A DNA stretch of 64,000 nt from an uncultured delta proteobacterium (GCA_963731595.1 CAVSWE010000003.1:44948-108947); one strand, 5' to 3'; counted from the stretch's first letter, positions 1-11,158 are shown. The notes: a model not told the origin generated them from the letters alone. Numbers and translations are program-made.

Positions 1-200
1 AGTCGATCACGACGATGCGATCGTCGGGCCAGCCGAGCGCCGTCGCGCGCGCCCGAAGCGCGTACTGGCGCTTCGTGCTCTCGACGTTCTCGATGACCTG
101 CTTCATCGACGACTGCCGGACGTACAGGTACGCATCACGCTCGAGATGGTGCGACTGGACTTTGCGCGATTCGTTCATGGGTCCTCCGGCTTGGTGGATC

Positions 201-875
201 TCATCGCCATCGCGGCGAAGAGGTGAACGACGGCTCGTTGTTCGTCATCGGCCGTCGACGCTCGGAAGCGAGCGACGCGTCGGCTGCGGCTGTGCGGCCA
301 GATCGGCGCGGCCGACCGCCCGCGCCCACGCCCACATGCCTCGCCGAAGAAAGAGCGCGAGCCCGCTCCGCGCTTCGAGGCGGGAGCCGCTCGCCGAGAG
401 CGGCCATCCGCAACGTCTCGTACTGCTCGCGTCGCGCCCGCTCCGGCGGCTTCGTCGACCCGCGCTCGGCTCGCGGCGTTTTTTTTCCGCCGAGCGCGCG
501 CTCGATCGTCCTGCGGGTGGACCTCCGACCGAACTCCTTCCGGATCAGCTTCGCCAGCTCGCGCGCTCGGATCGGCTCGCCCGCGACCAGCTGCTTCTCG
601 ACGAAGGCCAGGACCTCGCCCTGGAGCTTGTGCGGCCCGCGCGGGCCCGCTTCTTGGGCACCGAGTCCGGCGAGGCCCGCCTCGTCGAAGCTCGCCTTGG
701 CCTGGTAGTACGTCGGGCGGGAGACGCCGTACTCGTCGGCGCGTCCGTGACCGAGACGTTGTCGACCGACACGCGGCGCAGCATCTCGTACTTGACCTGC
801 ACCAGGTCGCGCGGGTCGAAGAAGTCGCCTCGCCTGGAACTTCGGATCGCTGACCTTCTCGGGAGACGGGTTCAA
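201..875 (-). pseudogene. IS481-family-like transposase, N-terminal HTH fragment only (no DDE domain follows)
   Basis: ORF 201..875(-) contains 'YGVSRPTYYQAKASFDEAGLAGL...GPRGPHKLQGEVLAFVEKQLVAGEPIRARELAKLIRKEFG', matching the IS481-type HTH and linker. The downstream translation shows no integrase-core (rve) motifs. Another long ORF (175..966) runs in a different frame. Confidence 0.4.
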
Positions 876-1098
876 CGTGCCCTCCTCGAGGAGGGCCGCG
901 GCCTTGGGGTCCGCACGGGCGGCTCGTCTTCGGCACTGGCTCTCCGGGCGCTATCAGTAACGACAATTACGCCGCCATCATGAGCCCGTGCAAGCGCGAC
1001 TCCACCGTCCTGATCGAATTATGCGCCACGTTTCTCGGCTCGTCTGGCGTTGTCGCCGGTGCGCGCGGCGGAATTGCTTGACATGCGCGGCATCATTC

Positions 1099-1371
1099 TC
1101 ACTTTACGCCGCGCTGAGCCGGCGCTCCTGCTCGACGAGCCGCGACACCAGGTCGGCGAGCTCCAGAGATCGGCCACCCGGACAGCGCGCGGCCCTCGCT
1201 GAGGACGACCTCCGGATCGGGTGCGACGGCGTCGGTCCACTGCGGCGGCACCGAGCAGACGTGCTCCTCGTCGACGCGCAGGAGCAGCCGCGTGCCGTAG
1301 CGGTTGTACCGCTCGCCGACGCAGACGAGCTGCCGTCCGCTGAGCGGGTGGAACGGGTGGGTCACCCGCAC
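1099..1371 (-). CDS. Small IS-associated ORF with DUF5372-like (Y4bD/Y4pK-type) N-terminal motif
   Basis: N-terminus 'MRVTHPFHPLSGRQLVCVGERYNRYGTRLLLRVDEEHVCSVPPQWTD' resembles the HPFHPL..G....V/P..WTD signature of small proteins found inside IS elements. The C-terminal tail is low complexity. Confidence 0.3.
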   Translation of the reverse strand: MRVTHPFHPLSGRQLVCVGERYNRYGTRLLLRVDEEHVCSVPPQWTDAVAPDPEVVLSEGRALSGWPISGARRPGVAARRAGAPAQRGVK

Positions 1372-1638
1372 AAGACGCGTCGCCGCGTCCGGAGCGGGTG
1401 CAGTTCGTGCTGAGTTACAAGCGGCTCGATCGCGGCACGTTCAAGCTGCCCGAGCGGCTCGACGCGCGCGACAAGCACGTGGAGATCGACGACGCGGCGC
1501 TCGACGCGCTGCTCGACGGCATGGAGGTCGAGGAGCCGAAGAAGCGCGCCGTACACTGACGCACAGGGTGCGATCGAAATGCGTGCAGAGTGCACGGGAA
1601 GCATCGACGCCGATCGCGCGAAGCATTAGAAAGAGCGC

Positions 1639-3040
1639 GTGACGACGACGGCGACGAGCGCGAGCGACGAGCGAGACCGACGCATCGCGGCGCTCGAAGC
1701 GGAGCTGGCGGCGAGCAAGACGAAGCTCGCAGCGGTGACGAGCGAGCGCGACAAGCTGCGGCGTGCCTACGAGCAGCTGAAAGAGGAGTTCGAGCTCGTG
1801 CGCCGGCGTCTCTACGTCGCGAAGGCCGAGCGCGTCGACACCCGGCAGCTCGAGATCGAGTTCGCGGAGAAGAAAGCGGCGCTCGCGGTGCTCGCGGCGT
1901 CGCTCGACGAGCAGAGCGCCCCACCGCCGGACGACGAGCGGACGCGGAAGAAGAAAAAGAAGAGCAAGCCGAAGGGCCGGCGCGATCTGTTCGCGCTCGA
2001 CATGCCCGAGGAGCGCATCGAGATCCTGGACCCGGCTCTCGAGCAAGCGGGCGAGCGGATTGGCTTCGAGGAGAGCTGCCGACTCGGGCGCCGTCGCGCG
2101 AGCGCGGTGCGCATCGTTGTCGCGCGCGCGAAGTACAAGACGACGAGCGAAGCGGGCGAGACGACGTTCGCGACGGCGAAGCGGCCTCGCGAGCTGTTCG
2201 AGCGATGCCTGCTCGCGCCCTCGATGTTCGCGCATGTGCTGATGCTGAAATACGGTTTCGGAATTCCGTTCTTCCGCTGCCAAGAGATGCTCGCGAAGGA
2301 CGGCATCGATCTCGGGCGCGCCGAGATGTGCCGCTACGCCGAGGACGCCGGCGCGACGCTCGGACCCATCGTGCTCGCGATGCGCGACGAGGCCATGAAG
2401 CACGCGTTCTGTCTCGCGACCGACGCCACCGGCGTGGCGATTCAGCCCGAGCCGATCGCCGACCAGCGGCAGCCTTGCCGAAAAGGCCACTTCTTCGTCG
2501 TCCTCGCCGATCGCGATCACGTCTTCTTCGAGTTCAAGTCCAAACACACTAGCGCCGCGGTCTGCGACATGTTTCGCGGCTATTCGGGTTATCTCCACGC
2601 CGACGCTCATGCGATTTACGACGCGCTCTACCGAGGCGAGGCCGTCGCGACGGGAGCCGATCCGCCGACCGAGGTCGCGTGCTGGAGCCACGCGCGAAGG
2701 AAATTCTGGGAGGCCGCGAGCTGCCGCCACGAGCTCGGTCGCGAGGGGCTGCTCCGCCTGCGCGTCCTCTTCGAGCGCGAGGCTGAATGGAAGGATCTCC
2801 CGCCGCAGAGGAGACTCATCATGCGCCAGCGCGTGCTCGCGCCGCTCGTCGGCGACTTCTTCGCCTGGTGCCGCGCCGAGCACGAGCTCCATCGCGAGCG
2901 CGGCCTCGTGTCCGCGGCCTTCGGCTACGCGATTCGGCAAGAGGCCGCGCTGCGGCGCTTCCTCGACGACGGCCGCCTCGGCATGACCAACAACGACTCC
3001 GAGCGCGCCCTCCGGCACATCGCCGTTGACGTTTCATTGT
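1639..3040 (+). mobile_element. IS66-family transposase (TnpC-like), 3'-truncated
   Basis: Coiled-coil N-terminus, then 'HADAHAIYDALY', 'ACWSHARRKFWEA' and 'LGMTNNDSERALRHIAV', which are IS66 TnpC DDE-region hallmarks. Homology stops about 60 aa short of a normal C-terminus; the expected GRKNWLF motif is replaced by junk ('DVSLCALSSS'). The break abuts the 3' end of the recombinase fragment. No tnpA or tnpB-like genes lie upstream. Confidence 0.75.
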
Positions 3041-3051
3041 GCGCCCTTTCA

Positions 3052-4650
3052 TCAAGTACCCGGAATCTTGAGCGTGCGATCGTCGCGCGAAATTCGAGAC
3101 GGGCGGCCGGCGCGCTTGCGACGGCGGCGTAGCGCCTCTTGCACCTCGGGGCGCTCGAGATCGGCGGCGAGGATCTGCCAGGGAGCATCGAAGACGAACT
3201 GCTTCGCGGGCAAGATCTTGTCACGGATCAACACGCGGATCGCGTGGCAACTCACGCCAGCCTTCTCCGCGGCTTCGACCATGGTCAGGCATCGTCCGTC
3301 CTTGACGGCGGACTCGTAGCCCGGAATCCCTTTGGTGCGACGATAGTCGCCAACGCGCTTCGCGCTCCAGGTGTGCCCGAAGGGCGTTGTCGCGCCCATG
3401 CGATTCAAGCTCGCCGCGATGTGCTCATCGGACCACCGCGCGCCCATCTGGCGAATAACATCGTCGACCTCGACGGCGTTTCGCATCATGTGCTCGCCCG
3501 GTTGCGGCTTGCGGACCCGGAGCTCGGAGTGTTGCCCTCCTCGCCAATGGATCACGAGGATGACCTCGCGCTTGCCGTCGTCGACGTCGACGACGATCTC
3601 CTCAATCAGAGTACGAACGATTCGCTGCTTCGTTCGCATCTCGGTCGAGGACGAATTCCAGACCGCCTTGAGATCACCCGCGAGCGAGAGGAGCGAATCT
3701 CGATCGAGCACGGGCGTCGGCGTCGAGCTCAAGAGAAGGCGAGCGTCGCATTCCTTCAAGCGCGCCATGGCTGCGTTCCAGCGTGCCTCGAGCACGGTGG
3801 CGACGAGTCGATTGTCGGGATCGACTTTCTCGTACCGACGAGCCGCAAGCTTGACATCGTACTCGGCCTGTTCGCGCTCGAGCGCGAGAGCGCGGCGTTG
3901 CTCATCGATCTGCGTGATCGCTTCGCGCTCCGCCATGAGGGCAGCTTCCACGGCGAGCGGCTCAACGACAAGAAGAATCTCGGCACCGATCGCGAGGTCT
4001 GGCCGCGTTGCGCCGAAGCCGATGCAGGGCTCGATGCCGTGCATCTGCCGACCCCTTCGGCACGCGTACCGAGGCTTGTGATAGTGGCCCGTGTACGCGA
4101 CCTGGAGCATCCGCCCGCATCGTCGGCAACGAAGTAGACCAGCCAGCAATCCTCTGCCTCCACGTGCGGACTTCGAACTCCCCGCACGTTGACAGAACGA
4201 GTTGCGAGCGAGACGCGCGCGATTGCGCTCGAACGTTTCCCACGACACGAATGCCTCATGATGGTCGCGCGTGAGCACGGTCCATTTCTCCATGGCCTGC
4301 GCGCGGCCGTAGACCTTTCGCAGCGAGCCGTCGACGAGTTCGGTCTGCACCCGGTGCTTCCCGTACGCGTACGCGCCCGCATAAAACGGGTTCTGGAGAA
4401 CGGAGATCACACTCCGATATGCGGGCGCCCGCCACGCGAGCTGCGCATTGCATCGACCATTGGCCGGTCGCGGAAAGAGCAGGCCTTCGCGGCGCATGTG
4501 CAGAAGGACTTGAGTCGCGCTCCCGAGCCGCTCGAACAACCGGAAGATCGTGCGAATGGCATCTTGGATTCGCCGATCGGGATCCATCATCAGGCCCTCG
4601 TCGCGAGACCAGACGTAGCCGACAGGAACACTGATCCGAAGCTCTTGATC
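3052..4650 (-). pseudogene. Large serine recombinase, 3' fragment; N-terminal resolvase catalytic domain absent
   Basis: The 575-aa ORF begins directly in the recombinase domain ('ISVPVGYVWSRDEGLMMDPDRRIQDAIRTIFRLFERLGS'). It continues through a Zn-ribbon region ('LLRCRRCGRMLQ...YACRRG') and a coiled-coil C-terminal extension. The first about 30 codons of the naive ORF overlap the 3' end of IS3 orfB in another frame. No resolvase-like N-terminal ORF was seen on the far side of the IS3. Confidence 0.7.
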
Positions 4651-4681
4651 TTCCCCCGGCTGGGCGGACAGGTTTCGTAAC

Positions 4682-5554
4682 TCACGCGGCCATCTCCGAG
4701 ACGGACCGCTTCCATTCAAACGTAATCGGCGACTCGTAACCAAGAGAAGAATGCCTTCGTCGCACGTTGTAATAGCCATCGATGTACTCGCCTACGAGGC
4801 GGGTGCCGGCGGCGTGGTCGGCAGGCACGTTGTCGATGGCCTCGGTCTTCAGCGTGCCGTTGAAGCTCTCGGCGACGGCGTTGTCCCAGCAGTCGCCCTT
4901 GCGGCTCATGCTCGCGACGATGCCAGCGTTCGAGAGCGCGGCTCGGTACGCAGCGCTCGCGTAGGGGCTGCCGCGGTCGGAGTGGTGGACGAGCCCCGGT
5001 GGCGGCCGTCGCTGGCGCAGCGCGGCTCTGAGCGCGTCGAGTGCGAGCGCGGTGTCGTTGCTGGCGCTGGTCGCCCAGCCGACGACGCGGCGCGAGTACA
5101 GATTGAGGATGGCTGCAAGATACAGCCATCCGACCATCGTCCAGATCGCCGTCACGTCGGTCACCCACACGCGGTTCGGAGCGTCGGTCGTAAAATTGCG
5201 CGCGAGCAGGTTCGGCGCGATGGGGTCCTGATGCGACGAGTCGGTCGTGGCGACGAAGCGCTTCCTGCGGCGCGCCACGAGGCCGGTTTCCCGCATGATG
5301 CGCGCGACGCGCTTCTCGTTGACGACCTCGCCGTCGGCACGCAGCTCCTCAGCGACGCGAGGGCTCCCATAGCGGCCGCGATGGTCTCCGAAGATTGCGC
5401 GGACCTTGGAGGCGAGCGCGACATCGCGACGCTCACGCTCGGTGACGGGCTCGGCGAGCCAGTCGTAGTAGCCGCTCTTGGAGACGCCGAGCGCCTCGCA
5501 CATGGCCATGACCGGCCAGGCCACCTTCTGCGAATCGATGAACGCGTACTTCAC
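4682..5554 (-). CDS. IS3-family transposase OrfB (DDE integrase core)
   Basis: 'WVTDVTAIWTMVGWLYLAAILNLYSRRVVGW...HHSDRGSPYAS...DNAVAESFNGTLKTE', a classic rve-domain DDE. Confidence 0.85.
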   Translation of the reverse strand: MKYAFIDSQKVAWPVMAMCEALGVSKSGYYDWLAEPVTERERRDVALASKVRAIFGDHRGRYGSPRVAEELRADGEVVNEKRVARIMRETGLVARRRKRFVATTDSSHQDPIAPNLLARNFTTDAPNRVWVTDVTAIWTMVGWLYLAAILNLYSRRVVGWATSASNDTALALDALRAALRQRRPPPGLVHHSDRGSPYASAAYRAALSNAGIVASMSRKGDCWDNAVAESFNGTLKTEAIDNVPADHAAGTRLVGEYIDGYYNVRRRHSSLGYESPITFEWKRSVSEMAA

Positions 5555-5862
5555 GCGCTCTCCTTCGCGAAGAAGGTGGCCGCCGCTTTTAGGATGTCGC
5601 GTTCCCGCTGCAGGTGCTTGACCTCTCGTCGCAGCCGCGACAGCTCCTCGCGCTCCTGCGTCGTCAGCGCATCGCTACGCTCGCCGGCATCCGCCTCCGC
5701 GCGCCGTACCCACGCGTGCAGCGACGTCACCGTCAGATCGAGCTCCCGCGCCACCTGCGCGACTGACTTGCCGCTCTTCACGAGCCGCACCGCGTCGGCC
5801 TTCTGCGCCGCCGTGAACGCCCGCCGAGCGCGCCGTTTCTTGAGTTCCTTTTTTTGTCCCAT
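5551..5862 (-). CDS. IS3-family transposase OrfA (HTH + leucine zipper)
   Basis: 'RRAFTAAQKADAVRLVKSGKSVAQVARELDLTVTSLHAWVRR...ELSRLRREVKHLQRERDILKAAATFFAKE'. Confidence 0.85.
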   Translation of the reverse strand: MGQKKELKKRRARRAFTAAQKADAVRLVKSGKSVAQVARELDLTVTSLHAWVRRAEADAGERSDALTTQEREELSRLRREVKHLQRERDILKAAATFFAKESA

Positions 5863-6469
5863 CGTCGAACACTCCCGCGCAGTATCGCGCTACCCGACGA
5901 CAATTACCCGTGGAGTGAGCGATGAACCCTGGCGACGATCTGCAAGAGTAGTTGTCGTGCTTCTGCAAGAATAGTTGACGTCCATCAAGGGACGATTCCG
6001 CGACGTGCAAGGGTCGGTGCCGATGGCTTCTGCCACTTCGATCCAGCCTTCATCTATCGCTACCGGAAGCCACCTCCCATGTCCGTGAGCCAACTGCTCG
6101 ACGTGGGCGCACGATACGTGAGCGCGGCTCGGAGGTTCGCTGCGGAACGCACTGTGTGACGACCGTGTCCCTACCTTCTTACGAACGGCACGTGCAGCAG
6201 TTCGGCCGCCTTCTTCTGAGTCGCGTCCGGGCGTCTGCCTCACACCACCGTCAGCGTCGACGACGAGCAACGTCCCACCCATGAGGCGATGTTCGCTTCG
6301 GGACGGTCGAAAATCAACGGTCGCTTGCATGTATCCTACATGTTACGGCTGCTTTTTGGTTGGATGACGAGCACTTCTGTTTCTTGGCGGTCAAAGTTTG
6401 ACCGAACGCGCTGATCGCGATGGACCAGCGCGCCGCCGAAGCGATACCCCGGATTGAGGAGAAGGAACC

Positions 6470-8175
6470 ATGAACTTTCGCGTGTTGGCGCTTGCCATCC
6501 TCGTCACGGTCGGCTGCTCGGTCGCCGAGGACACCGGAGCATCGACCGAAGACCTCACGGGCGTCGCCTCCGTTGCGTGGACCAATGCGCCCAGCAAGGG
6601 GTCCACGGGGCCAAGTCACTTCGGAACGAGTTCGACCCTCACGGTTAGCGACAATTCGTGCGGCGGCCTTGGAAATGCATTTCGCACGACGACCGTGTGG
6701 GAGGAGGAGGCCGTCGGCAGCAGCGACTACCCGACGAACCTTTGGCTGGGAAATACCTGCGGATTCAACCCTGTCACGGTGAACTACGGCGGCGCCGCGC
6801 GCCCTCTCGACGCTGCCTTGACCGGGACTCCTACCCAGTGGACGAAGCTCTTCGGAGCACAGCCGATGTACTGGACCAAGGAGCCGACACTCGTGCCTCT
6901 GCTCGATCCGTCCACCTTCACGGCAGCGGGTGCTCCGGTGCCGATTGCACTCATCGGCTTGGTGGGACTATCGCCTACTGGGCCTTCGAACGAGCTCGCG
7001 GTCGCCTTGTCGCTCGACGGAGGGCAGACGTGGAATGATCCGACTGCGCCGCCGCAACTCCTCCTCCAGAGTCCCGACAACAGCGCGACCGGGGTCGACG
7101 ATTGGCCGTGAGCGCAGGGGGCCACCTAGACAACCAATCGGCAGGCTATCACGCGCTCTTTACGTCAAACACGTACGATATCTACATGACTTGGTGGAGC
7201 CTCAACTCGACGGCTCACCGCTGGTTTGATGTTGCGGGCTTTCGACTCAACCAGTGGTCCCATCTGCTCGTGACGCCTCCGGTGGACCTCAACGTTCGGG
7301 CGCCGGCCGTCTTCAACCCAACCGGTCAGCCATCCAACGATATCTTGTACATGAGCGTGGTATCCGCGATCAGCAAAGCTCAGGCGTCGGACCAGCCCAT
7401 GGTGTTGGTTGAGTGGCCCGTCGCGACAGACTTGAATCCGCCGCCGGAATACTTCACTCACTGCCCTGAGCCGACCACCACCATTCTCGGTCCTCCTGGG
7501 ATCGCATGGCATGCGGCGGTCTCCTACAACTACGGCAAGACGTGGAGCGCGCTTCGGGATTCGCACCCAAACGCGCAGGTACCGTTGTGCGTCGGTGCCA
7601 ACTCCTTGGTGGTACCGGGCTACGCCACCTACCGGAACTCGTTCCGTTCGTCGTTGGCCTTCGACCCGAATTCGAATACTATCATCGACGCGATTGCAAT
7701 GTGGGACACTTTCGACAACGTGCCAGGAACGTACATCGAGGCCAATGGGTTTTCGACTTACGCGACCACCCCTAGCCCCCTCCCGATCTTCCACACTACC
7801 CACGTAGATACCCAGGCGCGACAGGACCAGTTCCTGCCGGTCGTGTCGTCGGCGCTCGGAACCGGTGGGCCGCAAGGCTACGTGACGATCGCATGGCTCG
7901 ACTCCGTCGAGGACACTACAGGCTCGAATGTACCGACTGGCGTCTACGGTGTCACTAGCCAGGGCTTCACCATCAACACGCCAGGCTGGTCAACCACAAT
8001 GCGCGCATGGCCTGTTCCCCCGGCCGCACACGCCTACATGTTCAACGGTTTCCCCGACACGCTCGGCCGACACAATTCGATGAGTGTGCAGGGGTGGTCG
8101 TGGGTGACCTTCGCCGGTGACTATGCATCGCTTGGCCATGAGACCATGGACATGACAACCATCTCGCCGCTCTGA
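6470..8175 (+). CDS. Secreted BNR/Asp-box repeat lipoprotein (sialidase-like beta-propeller), interrupted by a frameshift near 7100
   Basis: Good RBS ('GGATTGAGGAGAAGGAACCATG'). Lipoprotein signal 'LAILVTVGCSV'. Asp-box motifs 'SLDGGQTW' and 'SYNYGKTW'. The reading frame stops at 7108 ('DDWP*') and continues from a TTG at 7102 in another frame ('AVSAGGHLDNQ...'). Confidence 0.55.
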
Positions 8176-8573
8176 TGCGCTTCGCACTACTCGCTGCAGT
8201 TGTCTCGACCGCACCGGTGTTCGCCGCCTGCGGCGGGCGGCTGCTCGAGGAGAGCGACGCGGACAAGCTCGACGGCGCCAGCGATGCCGTCGTCGACGGC
8301 CCCTATACGGGGGAGTGGTGCGATCCGGAGACGGGGAGCACGAGCGGCCCTGGCGGCGACGCGATCTATTGCACGAGCAACCCTTACACCGATGCGCCCG
8401 AGCATTGCCATCGCGCTTATTCGGCGACAGTGCAATGGAACTGCTGCACGCTCGACGATCCGCTCTGCTGTCCCTTGGCGTCGCACATGGAGGACCATGG
8501 CTACATCGCGACGTGCTGCGCGAGCGACACCGACTGCACCACCTGTTGCGACGGAATTGATCCGAAGCCCTGA
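8175..8573 (+). CDS. Small secreted cysteine-rich lipoprotein (16 Cys, CC doublets)
   Basis: Start overlaps the upstream stop (TGATG). Lipobox 'PVFAACGG'. C-terminal half 'WNCCTLDDPLCCPLASHMEDHGYIATCCASDTDCTTCCDGIDPKP' has four CC doublets. No recognised domain. Confidence 0.55.
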   Translation: MRFALLAAVVSTAPVFAACGGRLLEESDADKLDGASDAVVDGPYTGEWCDPETGSTSGPGGDAIYCTSNPYTDAPEHCHRAYSATVQWNCCTLDDPLCCPLASHMEDHGYIATCCASDTDCTTCCDGIDPKP

Positions 8574-8786
8574 CTGAGGCGCGGCAGAGTTTCGCGCCGC
8601 TGGAAGCTCGGGCTAGAGGGGCGACCTCGACGGCGTATGATCCGGGGCGACGGTTGGGGACCGCACAAAAACCGCGCTCGAAGAGACAACGCGCCGCACC
8701 AATAACAGTTGAACGTGGGTCGAAGCGCGCGTACGGTTGAGTCGACTGAGGGGGTCACGTTCGCGAACATACGAAAGGGGCTCGTG

Positions 8787-10574
8787 ATGTCTCGTCTCGC
8801 TTCTCAGAGGCGCCGCCGATTGGCGCGCCTCGCCGGGGCTGGTCTCGTGTTGGGTACCGTGGTCGTAGGCGCATGCACGCCGCCGCCAACGGGGACGCTG
8901 GAGATTCGATCGAATAACATCGTCGCGTTCTCGAGCGCGACGGGGTTCGCCCAATCCTGGTTCGGATCATCCCTGGGAACAGCGGACTTGATCTCGTTCG
9001 CAAACGCTTTGTCCGTGCATTACACGGATAATTTCTCGACTGTCGCCTCGCAAGAAGAGGTCCTCGTGATGGCTCGCGACCCGCTCGAATATCGAGCGAC
9101 GCTTGAGTCGATTGCGGGTCCGTCGAACAACGCCGTGGATCCCGGCCGATTTCTCGAGTTCACCGCACAAACGTGGGCGTGCGGTGACTCGTGGCCGATC
9201 GTTCCAGTGTTGTCGGACCCAGTGACGATCCCCCCGAACGGCTCCACACTTCCGTCCGCGGTCGGCATTCCGTTTCCAGACCAACAGCAATCACCTCAAA
9301 TCGACTGGGCCCTTTCCAAGCTCATGTTCGTGGGCAATGGGCCGAAACCCTGCGGGAGCTTCTCGGGCGCAGCTGCTGCCTTCGAAGGCACCATCAAGGG
9401 CCTGAGCGTCATGCGTCACGGGGTGTGCTCGATGGAGCAGAGCCTCGACGGCCTCTCCGGCCTGAAAATGGTCCCACCGAACCTCATGGCCTTGGGGTTG
9501 GGTATCGATGTAGCGGACTTCGGATTGAGCTCTTTCGTGACCTATGCGCCGAATGGCGGTTTCATTGTAACCGGGCACGTCGATACTTCCGAGTTGCTCC
9601 TACCGCCCGCTCCGCCCATTCCGGTCGCCGCGAGCATCGACCGAAACTACACTTACCGGTTTTCGCTCGACGACGGGATCATGTCGATCGACGCGCCTAC
9701 GGCGAACATCTCCAACGATAGCGGCGTCGATCCTCTGTCCGTCGGTTCGCTGGTCAACGGGCTTCTCTCGAACGTGGTGCCCAATGCGGCCAAGCTTGCC
9801 GTTCTCGACGGTCCCCCGGGGACGTTCATCGGAGGTCTGGCGCAACCAATGCCCGCTCCGCCACCGATCGGCGGGATCCCGCCGGCCTGTACAATAACGA
9901 CGGGGCAACGACCCTCGACCTGCTTCATTCCGTGCCGCAACTCCGACAACGTCGACATGGCCGATCCGAGCACATGGCCATCGCCCGAAGACGCCAACGA
10001 TCCCAACCACATCGATCCCCCGAGTTGGCACGACTCGAAGTTCTGCGGCTTGCCCGCAGCGCTCCTCGGCGGACTCGCTGGTGGCGCCACCTCACCGCTG
10101 GGCGCGACGATCACCGAGCCACTACCAGTTGCGACGGGCGGCGTCGACACAACCAAGTTCCACAACTGGCGCTGCAACTTCCACCCACGTTACGAATCGC
10201 CGACATCGAGCATTGCAGTGAAGAGCCTTGATCCGGTGACGAATGCAGCTCCGTTCGGGCTTGGTGGGACGACCATCGTCACCGGTCCACCCGTGTGCGA
10301 GTTGATCGTGCGGGTGAAGAGGCTGAACGTATTCCCCGACTCCGTGGAAGCCGTTTTCTTCGACGGTACGAGCACGACCGCACCCGATTTGAGTGACGCG
10401 GCTGGCAACGAGGCGCTCGCAGTCTTCACGGGCCTGAGCGCGCTCGTGGGCCCGGGTGCTGCGAGCAGCGCAATGTGTGGGCGACAACCCGAAACGCCAG
10501 GTGCTCAGTTACTTTGCAATGCGGGCGCGTGCACTCCGCGACAGCGAAGCTTCGCCCATTTCATGCTGCACTGA
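8787..10574 (+). CDS. Large secreted lipoprotein (~595 aa), unknown function
   Basis: RBS 'AAAGGGG' 8 nt upstream of the ATG. Signal 'MSRLASQRRRRLARLAGAGLVLGTVVVGACT' (RR motif plus lipobox). Gly/Pro/Thr-rich, no motif recognised. Confidence 0.55.
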   Translation: MSRLASQRRRRLARLAGAGLVLGTVVVGACTPPPTGTLEIRSNNIVAFSSATGFAQSWFGSSLGTADLISFANALSVHYTDNFSTVASQEEVLVMARDPLEYRATLESIAGPSNNAVDPGRFLEFTAQTWACGDSWPIVPVLSDPVTIPPNGSTLPSAVGIPFPDQQQSPQIDWALSKLMFVGNGPKPCGSFSGAAAAFEGTIKGLSVMRHGVCSMEQSLDGLSGLKMVPPNLMALGLGIDVADFGLSSFVTYAPNGGFIVTGHVDTSELLLPPAPPIPVAASIDRNYTYRFSLDDGIMSIDAPTANISNDSGVDPLSVGSLVNGLLSNVVPNAAKLAVLDGPPGTFIGGLAQPMPAPPPIGGIPPACTITTGQRPSTCFIPCRNSDNVDMADPSTWPSPEDANDPNHIDPPSWHDSKFCGLPAALLGGLAGGATSPLGATITEPLPVATGGVDTTKFHNWRCNFHPRYESPTSSIAVKSLDPVTNAAPFGLGGTTIVTGPPVCELIVRVKRLNVFPDSVEAVFFDGTSTTAPDLSDAAGNEALAVFTGLSALVGPGAASSAMCGRQPETPGAQLLCNAGACTPRQRSFAHFMLH

Positions 10575-11146
10575 TGATGAGCGTACGGCACGGCGTCAGG
10601 CACATCCCCCTTGCGGCGCCAGCATACTTCCTGTGCGTCACGGTTGGATGCGCAACGATCACGCGCGAATCGACGGTGACAGCCATCGAGGCCACGACAA
10701 AGCCGCGTAGCCAGGTCGTCAGCGTCAATGGCGTGCCGGTCTTCGACGCGCCTCCGATATCCCAGGGCGACTCGGTCACGTTGGTCACGACGAAGGGTCG
10801 GGTCGCGCTTCGACCTTCGGACAAGGTCACAATCCGGACAACGTATTGCGACGGCGACACGATTCCCAATGAAGGTGTTGTCCGAGCGCGCCCTTCGAGC
10901 GGACTCATCGTCGCAGGCGTCTCGATGTTCGCTGGCGGTCTTGCGGGGATGGGGATCACCGCTTGGGAGGCAAACATCTTCACGCATGACCTTTCGACCC
11001 TGCCAGGCGCCGTCGCGTTTCTCGCCGTCAACGGCACCATCGCGGCGGCGGGGCTAGCGTTGCTGATCGTCGGTGTCTTTCCGCGCGCGCGCGTTGTGAC
11101 CACGATGTATGGATCGTCTAGCACCGGTTGGGGTATCTCCTTCTAA
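10574..11146 (+). CDS. Lipoprotein with C-terminal transmembrane segments, unknown function
   Basis: ATG overlaps the previous stop (TGATG). 'YFLCVTVGCATI' lipobox. Hydrophobic C-terminus 'GVSMFAGGLAGMGITAW...AFLAVNGTIAAAGLALLIVGVF'. Confidence 0.5.
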   Translation: MMSVRHGVRHIPLAAPAYFLCVTVGCATITRESTVTAIEATTKPRSQVVSVNGVPVFDAPPISQGDSVTLVTTKGRVALRPSDKVTIRTTYCDGDTIPNEGVVRARPSSGLIVAGVSMFAGGLAGMGITAWEANIFTHDLSTLPGAVAFLAVNGTIAAAGLALLIVGVFPRARVVTTMYGSSSTGWGISF

Positions 11147-11158
11147 GGAATTGTCGCC

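Larger units (their letters stand above)
4640..5960 (-). mobile_element. IS3-family insertion sequence (orfA + orfB); ends approximate
   Basis: orfA and orfB are adjacent with a 4-nt overlap, the typical IS3 -1 frameshift architecture. Inverted-repeat ends could not be defined confidently by eye. Confidence 0.8.

Noticed and set aside
15-983. 322-aa plus-strand ORF at the window start
   Set aside because: It overlaps the IS481-like HTH fragment on the opposite strand and has an Arg/Ser/Ala-rich spurious composition.
1968-2000. Lys-rich AAG/AAA run
   Set aside because: It encodes a basic linker (KKKKKSKPKGRR) inside IS66 TnpC and is not a repeat element.
1441-3018. 525-aa minus-strand ORF
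   Set aside because: It is antisense to the clearly homologous IS66 TnpC and has Arg/Ala-rich, low-complexity composition typical of wrong-frame ORFs in high-GC DNA.
3139-4137. 332-aa plus-strand ORF
   Set aside because: It is antisense to the large serine recombinase fragment and has no motifs.
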